Part shown: piece after piece, positions 7,956 through 18,593 of the stretch | How the letters are laid out: each line of letters opens with the position of its first letter | Numbering within the stretch: the stretch's first letter is position 1 | Origin: an uncultured delta proteobacterium | GTDB lineage: Bacteria > Myxococcota_A > Polyangia > Haliangiales > Haliangiaceae | Direction of reading: 5' to 3' | NCBI GenBank assembly: GCA_963743525.1 | Contig: CAVUQH010000004.1 | Location: forward strand, 384,001-448,000 | DNA: 64,000 bases | The notes under the pieces: model-generated | The model's input: only the letters and a program-made list of their open reading frames with translations | Database searches by the model: none | Told to the model about the DNA's origin: nothing | Position numbers and translations under genes: made by a program

Positions 7956-10900
7956 GGCAATAGGAACTTGATTTCCCGAATTCTGAGCCCCGGTATTCTC
8001 ACGTCGAGTGTAGGCAGGCCGCTGCCAGAAATCGACCGGAATCCGACTGAACCACCCCCGCCCGGAATCCTGAAAAAGCTGGTGACGCCCGGCTTGGTGA
8101 TAGGCGTGGCACCCGTCTCGCGAACAAGCTGTCTGTAGAGAGCGCGAGCCGCGTCTTGGCCGCCCTCCAAGATTCGGATTCGCTTGCTACTCCCCGCCTG
8201 GCCGATGAGCCTGTTGGCTGGTCGCAACACGTCGATGGCCTTCTGTCGGGCATTGACCAAGAGTCCCCTGGCGCGGCGTCCACCTGAAAGGACTACTGCG
8301 CTTGGAGGACCCGCTTCCTCGACCAATCCACCTGCCCCGGGAAACAGTTGCCCGGTAATGCCGCCTGCCAGACTGCCCGTAAATATTGTCGCCCCAACGT
8401 GGGTACCCGCAAACGTCTGCGCGGCGAGATACCCTCCAGCAACAGCGTCTCCCAGCACTGGTCCCAACGCCCCGCCAAGCGCACCCCAAGCGCAGATATC
8501 GCCGACGATCGAGACGCCCTGAGCAAGCGCACGAGCCTTGCGCCGCGCCTCGGGACCAAGCCTCCCATACCGGATCGCGCCCTGCTGCCTCGCCAGCCAA
8601 ACATCCCTACTGAGTTCATCCATTGGCGCGATGATGGAGTCTTGGTAGTAGTACACGCCGTCTGCCTGCCCAAACCAGTGACCGTCATACTCCTTCATTT
8701 CCGGTGCGGCACCGTCGTAGGCAAAGACCGTTGGCGCCATCGGGTTGGCCATTTCAGCCCTATCAAACTGCGCGCGCGCTAGCTCCTCTACCGAAGGAAC
8801 GTGTGGCTGCTGGCGACGAGCCACTTCGCTTGCAGCGGCGGCGGCCGCAGCAGCCCCCAAGGCGATTGGGCTGCCAGAGATGACGCCGCCCTGACCGCAC
8901 GCGCCCGGGCCGCCGCAGTCGGTGCGCGGCCCCGGGTCCATTCCGCTCGGATCGGCGTAGTTGATCGGGTCGTTCCAGGCGAAGCCGTAGGGGTTCATCA
9001 TCGTCGTCGTTCGCGAGATGATGAGCGGGTCGCGTTGGAGGAAACGGCCGGTGCGCGGATCGTAGATGCGTGCGCCCATACGAACGACGCCGAAGGCGTC
9101 GAGGTGGTCGCTGTTGCCGAAGCCGTCCAAGAGTGAGCCGACGCCCCCTGGCAGCCCCGTGTTCTCGACGATTCCACCGTAGGCTCGATAGGTGATTTCC
9201 TGCGTGATCTTGCCGGTCTGGTCGGTCACGCGACGCAGGTTCGTTCCCTCGTAGTGCCCGTACAGAACTGTGGCATCTGGTCCGGTCCCACGTCGGATGA
9301 TGGGCACGCCCGGGATGCGCCGTTCGATCAGGGAGACCGACTGCCCGTCCTTCGTGAAATACGAGCGCGTGAACGGTCCGTAGTGACTCTCACTCCGATT
9401 CTCGCTGCCGGTACCTCCCTGGACATAGGACATGACCTCGCCCTCGGGTCCGTAGCGGTACTTTCCGATGGCGGCTCCGGAGACCAGCGAAGTTACGCGG
9501 CCGTGGAGATCGTACTCGTAGTTGCGCGTCGGGTTTTCGTTGGACGCGACCGTCAACACATTGCCCTGGGCGTCGTAGCGATACTGGCAGTCGTCGGGGG
9601 CGGGGGCAGTGGTCGTGGCGGGGGCGGTCGTGCCGAACTGGTTGGTTACGATGATGGTGTCGATTCCGGTACCGGATTCGCGCTGACCCAGAGTCAGCGT
9701 ATGGGCTCCGGCGTTCAACCATACGGTGACGGGCTGGTTGCTCGACCCGTCGTGGTTGTACACGCGGCGGGTTTGCCACGCGGTACTCAGCGAGATGTGC
9801 CAGGTCCACCAGTCGTCGTTGTCAACCTTGACGAAGAACGAGTTGGTGTAGGTGTCTGGAGCGAGCACACGCGCCCAGATAGCGTAGTATCCGGACGCCG
9901 CGACGTTGAACTGCACAGTCGCCTGCGGTGCGTCGTCAGGCGACCAATAGTTCTGTTGGCCAGTAGGTGCCATGAGATAGGCGCCTGCGGAGGCGGTGCC
10001 ATCAATCTCGACTCCCCAGGGCGCGTTGTGCGCTCCCGACTCCGCTTCGACAACAACATTCGTGGGCGACGCGGTCGGTTCGATGGTTGCCGGATTCGTG
10101 TATGCGTCGGTCGTGATGAGGACGCGGTCAACTTGCACTCCGTCTTCCCTGGCACCGATCCTGAGGGTTGCCCTGCCTTTGGATAGATAGAAGGCGACAG
10201 GCTGACGGACGAAGCCGGATACGGAATCAACCCGTCTCCAGGTCCAATTCGAGGCGACGCCCGCATTCCACGTCAGGCTCTTGCCGTTGAGTGAGATGGT
10301 GTATGAGTCGTCAGCCGTCGAGGCCGCGCGAACCCGCACCCACAGGTAGTAGGTACCCGACGTGGGCACACTGACCGGCAAGGTGGCGCTACCGACGTTG
10401 TTTCCACTGCCTTGCGGCACTTCGACGTAGGCACCGAGAGAGGCCGATGTATCCGTGGCGAAGCGCATCGGTGCAACCAGCTGGCTCGATTCGGCTTCCA
10501 GCCATAGCCGAGTCTGACCGTCCGGCATCGCGATGCCACCTCCAGCGATACCTCCCACAGTGCCGCCACTTGAACCGCTCGTGCCAGATGCTGCTGGTTC
10601 CGTCCGGCACACGCGGTCTAAGTCATCACCGCGCAGGGTGATCGTGGAGTCAACGCTACCGAGCACGTCGTCGACTCCCCGCACGTTGCCGAGGCCGTCA
10701 TAGTTGAAGGCCTCGTCGCGGATCATTGAGCCGAAGGGATTCTCGGTGCTCGCCCTACTCAGCTGATACAAGCTGTCGTATTGATAGGTCGAACTGCTCG
10801 AGCGTAAATCCGTTTGCGCCATCACTGCTCTCCAGCCGCTCCATGACCCGAAGATCTGGCGAATAGCGAGCGTAGGAGACTGACCGCTTCTCGCCGCTCG

Positions 10901-13900
10901 GCGTAACCATATAGGTCAACGTCAGCTCGCGCCGGTTGGTGGCCTTGTAGAAGCGTTGCTCCTCGACCCCATTACCGTAGGTGACATGCAGGTAGCGTCC
11001 GAGCGAGTCGATCTCATTGGCCGTGAACAGATCCTGGGACGTGCCGCCTTCTTCCCAACTCACGCGTTTCAAGCGCCCCGCGCTGTCGTAGCCGTACTTC
11101 GCCGACTCAGTCGCGTAGCCAGAATCCGGCAGCTCGTAGCTGACCCGGTCGAGTTGTCCATCTAGCCGGTAGTCGTAGCGTTCTCGGAACTCCTCGCCCT
11201 CTTCACCGAGGCGAGAGATTGCACTCACCCGGCCGAGAGTGTCGTAGCCATAGACGACGCGCATGATGGGGTTGCGGTCGTCGGCGCCAAGCCCCTTTCT
11301 GTGAGCGTAGAGGGTGCGTGCAGCGAGTCGGCCGGTGACGTTGCCGTAGCCCGGCAACACTTCCGTGTCGTACGAGTACTCGACCACGCTGCCCGGCTGA
11401 ACGGCGCCATTGACGCGCTCGTCCTCCTCAGTCTGGCGACCGAGCGCGTCATACTCGTAGTGCACCTCGTACGCACCGTTCGAGTCCTCCCAGTTGGTCG
11501 AGAGGAGATTGCCCCACGCGTCATAGTTATTGAACCGCGGCGCGGCAGAAGGCTCGGACGAAACCAGTGCCCGGCCGGCACTGTCGCGAACGAACGCCCA
11601 CGAGACCGGCTTGCTCGCGGTGCCAGGCTCTGCATAGCGTTCGATGCGAATCAGGCTGCCCAGTGGATCATAGTGAAAACGCGCCAACTCCGTGCGCTGC
11701 CCCGCGTACCAGCGTGAACGCTCGTGCGAACGCCCCGTCGCACCGACGACCTCCTGGGACCACCCCCCGGTCTGCGGCCCATTCGATGCGAGCTCATTGG
11801 GCCCCTTCACCCGAAGAATCTGCTGGTTACCGAAGTAGGCCCGCTCATAGCAGGTCGGGAAGACCTCAGAGTCTTCGTTGGTCTGACGAATGAGCGGCAC
11901 CTCCCCCGCGGCCCGAATGGTGCAGTCGATGCTGCCATCCGACCGATAGTGGTAGGTACTCCCATAGTGGACAGTCTCGGAACTGTCCGCTGGATATGCA
12001 TCGGCAACGAACTTGGGCCGGCCAAACGCGTCGTATGTCGTTTCATTGGTGACCACGACGTCGCTGTAGTCGTCACCGAGCCCTTGCTCACTGCGTCGCG
12101 CCCGGCCCAGCGCATCCAGGTACGTCGTCGAGGAAACCAGATCCGCCGAGGCAGTCTGGTACGTATCCGTCCGGATCTCTCTAGCTATACCGGCCCCGAC
12201 TTCGAACCCGTCGTATGTGGTCTGGCTGAGCAGCAACTCCGTCATTCCGCCCGCCGGAATGACCCCCTGCGCGACCGGGCGGCCAAAGCCATCGTAGTCG
12301 GAGGTAAGGGTCGTGCCTGTAGCACTGGTCGCGCGCAACAGTGCCAGGCTGAATGGATCAATCTGTCGCGATGTCTCGAAAGTCGCCGGCACGTCGGAGC
12401 CACTCGCAGTGGTCCTGCGTGGGACAAGGAGAAAGGTGCCCCAGTTTTCAAATGTGGCAACACGGGTGTCCCCGTCGCCGGTCTGGGTGCGACGTGTCTG
12501 ATTGCCCCAACTGTCGTACTCGATCTTGGTGGTGAGCTGCGTCTGCTCGATCCCGCTCGCCGTCTCGTAGACATGGGACGTGATCGTGGTCGGCAGGCCC
12601 GCGGTCACCGATCCAGGCCCCGCCTGTGGCTCGTCAAAGGCGATGTCAACGCGCGCGTAGACCTTGCCACCGGAATCCCGGCACTCTCCGAGCGTTCGCG
12701 ATCGAACCGCGTCTCGAATCTGGAACGGACCACCTCCAGCGTATTCAACTTGCTCGCAGACGTCGTCGTCCGGGTCAGCGAGGTCCCCCAGATGCTCGAT
12801 CCGCAGGGCTCGGCCGAGGTCGTCAACCTGATCGACGCGCTCGGCAGTAGCTACGTACTCGTCGCCAGCATGCGAATCACCGCGCCAATTCGATGTGTAT
12901 TGTGGATACGCATATCCGGTCGTGGCGCAGGGCCGGTCGTAGCGGCCATCCACGTCTACCAGAACGGCCGGAACCGTCTCGTAGAAGTCGTGAAACCCGA
13001 CGCAATCATCCTGGCTCAGCGACCGAGAGTGCGCGTTGTACTGTTTTGTCGTCTCACCGTGCAGGTTCGAGGCGGCGTAATTGCTCTCGAAACGCAGCAG
13101 CGGCCACGCATTGTCCTCGAAAGCGCCATCGAAAGAGTGCACCACCAGCGGAAGGCCAGTAAGCACGTAGTCGTCATACGTCCCGGAGTTTTCAGAGGGC
13201 GCAAAGGAGTCTACGACCGTGGCTGCGCCGGTCATCGGACGCTCGTGCCCAGACTCGGGGACGGCGACCAACGTCGCGCGGCGCCCAAAGCCGGTGGGTA
13301 CGAAGTGGTCCGAGGCCGCGTCGAAACGGAACCCTTCGTCTCCGTATGCATACTGCACGGAAGCGAGCGATCCGTTGGCCGTCGAAGTCCGCATTCTTCC
13401 AACAACGATCTCCGGCTGCGGGACTTGGTGCCGCGCTACGCTGTCGTTCTTCGCGGAGAGCCACTCGACCGATGTGGTCGCACCGTATCCGTTCGATGCA
13501 GAGATGAGGCGTGAGGAGTCGTAGGCACCTCGACCATTCGGGCCGATGAGGCGCAGAATCCGAATTCTATTGTCCTCCGTGAGGAGGGCGGCATCGATTC
13601 GCCCATCGCCGTCGAAGTCCGCCATTGTGTTGACGGTCTTCAGCCCGGGCTTCTGACAAATCTCCCGGGTCTTGTCGAAGAACGTGTAGCCTGAAAGCAA
13701 GAGTGGCTCACGGAACCCAACACCGGTGCCAGTCCAAACCCGGTCTTTCGCAACGTGGGGGTCGCGACCGACGTAGTCCGGAATGCCGTCGCCGGTAACA
13801 TCAATGTACGTGCCGTAGGTGACTTCGCTGTAGCGATCGTCGGTCGAGTGGGGATCGTCGGCGCAATCGTTGCTCGAGATCTGGGTGACAGTCAGGCCGG

Positions 13901-16230
13901 GAAGCGGCACGGCTACGCCGAAAGACTCACCGGTACCGAGCCGAGCGTGAGCACGAGACACTTTTCCGTCAACGAGCATGCCGTCGTCCGTGTGGTCAAC
14001 CGACGTGCCATTTTGCAGACGATCCACGAGGCCATCGCCATTGATGTCCTGAAGACCGCAACGCTGCTTGATGTCGAAGGAATGCGTGCCAGATTCATCC
14101 TTTATGTCGGTGTTGTAGCCGATCAGAGGATTGTCCAGGTACTGCGGGAACTTCACGTCGAAGGGCAGGTCTAGCCCACCCGAAGCTCCATCGAGAGAGC
14201 AGTTGTCCGCCGGACCGAAAGCACGAGGCTGCGCGAATGGATCGCTGTTCGCGGCAAGCAGGGCGCCGGCCTGGTTGAGCTGCACAACCAGGCCCGAGTT
14301 GTGCTTGGCCGGCAGCGGATCCTCGGCATTCGGATCGTCGGTGAAACCGACGTCATAGGACTCCGTGCAGGAACATGCCGTCGGATACGGTCGATGCGCT
14401 TTTTTTGGGTCACAGGAATCCAGGGTCTTCACTCGTGTGATCGGCAATTCCGTCAACACGAAGTCGAGATAGCCGTCACCATTCATGTCGACGAGTCCCC
14501 ACTCCTTCTCCCGGCGCGCCGCAGCGCGAGGAATCCCAACCGCGCGAGTTGTACACGCGGGGTCCTCACCAGGCGCGAAGATGTTGTACTGGATGTCCAT
14601 TCCCGTGACCGTGCGAGACAGTGGGAGGGGCTCGCCGTTGTCGACCCACAAGCCACGAGCGACCAGTTGCTGGCGAAGGCCAGCCGTAGAGATGTGGCGC
14701 TCGCTCCATGTGATGGAGTCGTCGGTTGAGCCGGGGGTCACCGCGGAGGCCGGCACGTTGAGCAAGAGCGTCCAGTAGTCTGGATGAACGGAGATGAGAA
14801 CGTCCGCCCTGCCGTCTCCATTGAAGTTCGACAACCTGTGTGAACACATCGTCTCTGCCCGCCGAGTCACCGAAGTCCGACCGCGACCTAGTGGTACGGT
14901 GGACCTCTACCGGGATGTTGCTGGTTAGCGGAATCGTGGGATCCGGATATGCCACTGCTGGTCCGCTGGCGGGGACACCACTGGCATTCCGTGCGACCGC
15001 AATGCGGGCCGCGTCGCCCGAAGAATCTTGTGTCACGAGATCCGCACGACCATCACCAGTGAAGTCAATGAACGCCTGTCGGGTCACGATGTAGTGGGCG
15101 TCGAAGTAGGGCTGGTCTTCGACCACCCTCAGGGATGCCTGCATCTCCGGATGGAGCGCCATTGCCTGCGTCTCCTTCACGCGCAACTGCCCGTTTGTCT
15201 TCGCGCTGCCATACTCATAGCGGCCGATCGGTAGTCGGCTATTCTCTTCGGCGGTGCCTTCGCGGCCGACGACGTCTGAGGCGACGAGGCGGGGCGAGCC
15301 GGTGTCGGTGTCGGGCGCGTAACTGAAGCGGTAGCCGCGGAGGCGGATTCGCTGGTCGGGGGTGCCACAGGTGTCACCGTGAACGAGGACATCCACGCGC
15401 TTTAGAACGCGGGTGCGGACGCGGAGGGCGCCGCCAATGCTCCACAGCGCAAAGGGGTCGCCGGTGCCGTTGCCGGGCAAGTTGGGATCGATGGCGCCGC
15501 CGGGGTCGCCGTTCCACGGGCCGTAGTCGAGCTGGATGCGGTTCTTGGCGCAGGCGCCGCCGGTGGCGATGTTGTATTCGATGGCGCTGAGCTCGAGCTC
15601 CTGGGCAGCGCCGTCGCCGACGGCGACGTTCTGCACGTCGTAGGTCAGGCGGACGGGGTTGCGCGTGGTGGCGTCGTTGACCTCGGTGAGGAGCCACATG
15701 CCTTTCTGCGCCAGGCGCGGGTCCTTGGTCATGTCGAAGGTGTGGCCGGAGCCGTCGAAGAGGCGCCAGCCGAGGCTGCCGCGGTCGACGAGGGTCATGG
15801 TCTGGGGGCCGACCATCGGGCGGTAGGTGCCGCTGTTGTTGACGGGGACCATCAGCATCTTGGCGCCGTCGAGGGACAGGTAGATGCGGTCGAGGGGCTC
15901 GGGGGCGCGGTTGGGGTCGGCGAAGTATTTGGGCCGGGTGTGGGCGAAGGTCTCGGTCTTTTCCACGTAGGTGAATGGGATCGACCAGCCGACGCCGAGC
16001 TCGCCGCCGCGGCCGGAGCCGTCGTGGACGATGCGCAGGGGGATCGGGACGCCGCCGCGGGCGGGTGGCAGGCTCAGCGGCACCGATAGCGACACGGTGC
16101 CGGCGGGGGTGACCGAGAGGCCGCCGCCGATGGCGCCGACGCCAGTGGTGCTCTCGCCGGCTCCGACGTGTCGGGCGAGGAGCGAGAAGGCGATGATGGA
16201 GAGGGTGGCGAACGACAGGTGTTTGCGCAT
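7952..16230 (-). CDS. Giant SpvB/FG-GAP/YD-repeat (Rhs) polymorphic toxin, ~2,750 aa, split by frameshifts near 14828 and 10790
   Basis: Three overlapping ORFs (14566..16392, 10755..14870, 7952..10825). Signal peptide MRKHLSFATLSIIAFSLLARHVGA; SpvB-like N-terminus (PLSLPPARGG...GELGVGWSIP); DxxGDG FG-GAP repeats; YD repeats; Rhs core MGARIYDPRTGRFLQRDP...NPYGFAWNDPINYADPSG; ~330-aa variable C-terminus. Confidence 0.9.
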
Positions 16231-16248
16231 GGGGACGGCGGGCCTGTG

Positions 16249-16264
16249 TGCAGGAGGTGTTCCA
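16249..16264 (-). promoter_or_regulatory. Putative sigma54 (-24/-12) promoter of the Rhs operon
   Basis: Minus strand TGGAACACCTCCTGCA = GG-N10-GC, ending 18 nt upstream of ATG 16230. Confidence 0.5.
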
Positions 16265-16325
16265 GGATTTCGGCGCACGGAAGTGCGCGAGATTTGGTGA
16301 CTGCGGGCGGCGCGCGACGGCGATC

Positions 16326-16424
16326 TGTTCCGGTTGGTGTTCCGGTGCGCTGGGGAAGCGCAGGGATCACTCGTGGTCAGATGGCGGAACATTGTTCCGA
16401 CCGACGTGTTGCGAATGTTCCGCC
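16326..16424. promoter_or_regulatory. TGTTCC repeat/palindrome cluster (candidate enhancer sites or hairpin)
   Basis: TGTTCCGGT direct repeats at 16326 and 16338; palindrome CGGAACA-T-TGTTCCG at 16385-16399; 11-bp inverted repeat 16383-16393/16414-16424. Confidence 0.45.
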
Positions 16425-16431
16425 GGTGAAG

Positions 16432-16719
16432 CTACGGGGCGCGGCCGTCGTCGCAGCGGCTGAAGGCGGCGAGGTCGCGCGCGGCGATCTTGCACTTGGC
16501 GACGCTGGCGGGCGGCGGCGAGGCTTCGCACTTGCGCTGCAGGTCGCCGCGGTGCTTGGCGATGTCGGCGCCGGCGTGTTTGCGCATCGGCGGCGGCAGC
16601 GCGGCGAGGATCAGGTCGAGCTGATGATCGGCGATGCGATCGCAGCGGGCGTCGTCGCTGCTCGCGCAGGCGCCGAGCACGGCGGCGCACAGGAGCAAGA
16701 GACAGGAGAGTCGTCGCAT
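16432..16719 (-). CDS. Small Cys-rich lipoprotein
   Basis: 95 aa, LGAC lipobox, four further Cys in a helical small domain; host-like codon usage. Confidence 0.75.
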   Translation of the reverse strand: MRRLSCLLLLCAAVLGACASSDDARCDRIADHQLDLILAALPPPMRKHAGADIAKHRGDLQRKCEASPPPASVAKCKIAARDLAAFSRCDDGRAP

Positions 16720-16907
16720 GGGGGAGCCTTACTGCTTGGTGCGCGCAAGGCGTGTGCGCGCGGGGGGAGGTTGCGCATAGCACAAGCGAGTGCGCTCGTT
16801 CGAGCCGGAGAAATTCCTTACTCGAACGAGCGACACTCAGGGGGGAGTGGTTGTGCAGCGGGGATGAAGGTTGGAGGGAGGTACGGAGTTGCGGAGGGAG
16901 AGACGCG

Positions 16908-18227
16908 TTAGCGGCCGCCGGTGGAGCTGGCGAGGAGGTTGCCGTTTTCGCCACCGATCCAGATGTGGTCGGCGTCGGCGGCGGCGCCGGTCCACAGCTC
17001 GCCGTCACCCATCGCCGACTGCACCTTGGCCGACAGGTCGTCCCAGGTGGCGCCGCCGTCGCTGGTGGCGAACAGCAGCGGCTTCTTGCTGTCGAAGTCG
17101 CCGACGAGCCAGCCGTGCTGGTTGTCGGGGGCGAAGAACGCCTGGCGGAAGGTGACGCCGCTGAGATCGATGGCCGGCAGGGCGCCGCGGGTCCAGGTCA
17201 TGCTCAGGCCGGCGGTGGCGTTGGTGGTGTAGAAGAGGTACGGGTTGTCGTCGCCGAACTGGTAGGCCTTGTACGCCCAGCAGTGATCGTCGTCGGTGCA
17301 GTTGATGGCGCGCGGGCCCCAGTCGCTGTCGACGATGTCGGCGGCGGGGAACGGAACCTGGTGGAAGGTCTGGCCGCGGTCGACCGACACGCAGACGCCG
17401 GGGGCGTCGTAGTTGGTGGCCGAGTAGCCGCCCTGGTTGAGGCCGACGGCGGGGTAGATGATCACGCCGAGGTCGGCGGAGGCGTGGGCGAACTGGGCCT
17501 GCTGCACGGTGTCGGACGCGGTCGGGTCGCTGTTGCAGATCGTGTCGTCGGCCGCCTTGAGGTCCCGGTAGTTGGCGGGGAACGGCGGGACGCGACCGGG
17601 AGACCAGAGGCCGGTCCAGGTCGTGCTGTCGGAGGGGCCAGTGTTGGAGCCCCAGACGACGCCCTGGCGGAAGTGGATCCAGTAGCCGCCGGACTCGGCG
17701 AACAGGACCTGGCTGTTGAGACCGAGGAGGTCGTTGCCGATGGGCGTGACGCTCCACTGGTCGGCGGTGTTGCCGTCGCCGGTGGCCGACAGGAAGCCGA
17801 TCGACTTGTCCATGCGGGCGACCAGCTTGCCGCCCGCGCGGTCGAAGCCGGTGAAAGCGATGACGTTCTCGGTGTGGCCGGACTTGCTCGCGGCTTCGTC
17901 GCCGGTGAGGAGGACGTCGGTCACTTCGCTGCCGCTGGCCTCGAACAGGGCGCCGCTCTGGCCAAAGTGCTGGGTGCCGACGAGGCAGTGATCGGCGTCG
18001 GAGCAGTGGATGGCGAGGACGTCGTCGGCGGCATGGTCAACGCCGGCAGCGTCTTCGAGGAGGGTCAGCTGGTGCCAATCGCTGCTGCCGCCACCACCAC
18101 CGCCACCGCCGCCGCCACCGCCGCCGCCACCGCCACCGCCGCCGCCACCGTCGCCGCTGGGGTCGAGCGACGCGCACCCGGCGCCGAGAGCGAGGGCAAA
18201 GAGAACCAGGCTCAGCTTCTTCCACAT
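16908..18227 (-). CDS. Lipoprotein with poly-Gly linker and BNR/Asp-box (YCF48/sialidase-like beta-propeller)
   Basis: MWKKLSLVLFALALGAGC lipobox, ~21 Gly run, Asp-boxes SVDRGQTF and TSDGGATW. Confidence 0.8.
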   Translation of the reverse strand: MWKKLSLVLFALALGAGCASLDPSGDGGGGGGGGGGGGGGGGGGGGGSSDWHQLTLLEDAAGVDHAADDVLAIHCSDADHCLVGTQHFGQSGALFEASGSEVTDVLLTGDEAASKSGHTENVIAFTGFDRAGGKLVARMDKSIGFLSATGDGNTADQWSVTPIGNDLLGLNSQVLFAESGGYWIHFRQGVVWGSNTGPSDSTTWTGLWSPGRVPPFPANYRDLKAADDTICNSDPTASDTVQQAQFAHASADLGVIIYPAVGLNQGGYSATNYDAPGVCVSVDRGQTFHQVPFPAADIVDSDWGPRAINCTDDDHCWAYKAYQFGDDNPYLFYTTNATAGLSMTWTRGALPAIDLSGVTFRQAFFAPDNQHGWLVGDFDSKKPLLFATSDGGATWDDLSAKVQSAMGDGELWTGAAADADHIWIGGENGNLLASSTGGR

Positions 18228-18303
18228 GATCGTAGGGACTCCTCTTGGGGTCGTTTGCAGGGAGCCCGCGACGCCGGCGGCGCCGCGGGACGACGGGGCG
18301 GAT

Positions 18304-18319
18304 TGCAGCCGTCGTTCCA
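18304..18319 (-). promoter_or_regulatory. Putative sigma54 promoter
   Basis: Minus strand TGGAACGACGGCTGCA = GG-N10-GC, ~77 nt upstream of ATG 18227. Confidence 0.5.
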
Positions 18320-18382
18320 ACCGCGCGACGGGCGGAACCAGCCGGAATTACGCGGGGTAATGCGTCGCACGCGCGGCGTGGT

Positions 18383-18471
18383 GTTCCACCCTCGGCGGAG
18401 CAATCGCTGGGATTCCGCGAGGTCACATCGGCGGTACAGCTGTTCCACCTTGTTGTTCCACCAGTTCCACC
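18383..18471. repeat. Four GTTCCACC direct repeats in intergenic DNA
   Basis: Copies at 18383, 18442, 18455 and 18464. Confidence 0.6.
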
Positions 18472-18593
18472 ACGGGCAGGTCGATTCCGTGGGGGAACTT
18501 ACGTCGTGGAGTTTGTGTTGCTCCTCGCGTTTTTTCTTTCAACCGATAGGGGCTCCGACGCAACGAGTTAACCGAGAGTCGGGAGATCATCGG

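Noticed and set aside
10755..14870. Programmed frameshifting or a natural three-gene split of the Rhs toxin
   Set aside because: No slippery heptamers; the 14828 break falls inside a conserved DxxGDG motif, and similar indels occur in unrelated genes.
18087..18152. GGC/GGT trinucleotide repeat as a phase-variation tract (similar at 33186-33262)
   Set aside because: In-frame poly-Gly linker after a lipobox with mixed codons; ordinary for these lipoproteins.
18383..18471. parS sites (TGTTCCAC matches a parS half-site)
   Set aside because: Only direct-repeat half-sites; the full TGTTCCACGTGGAAC palindrome is absent.
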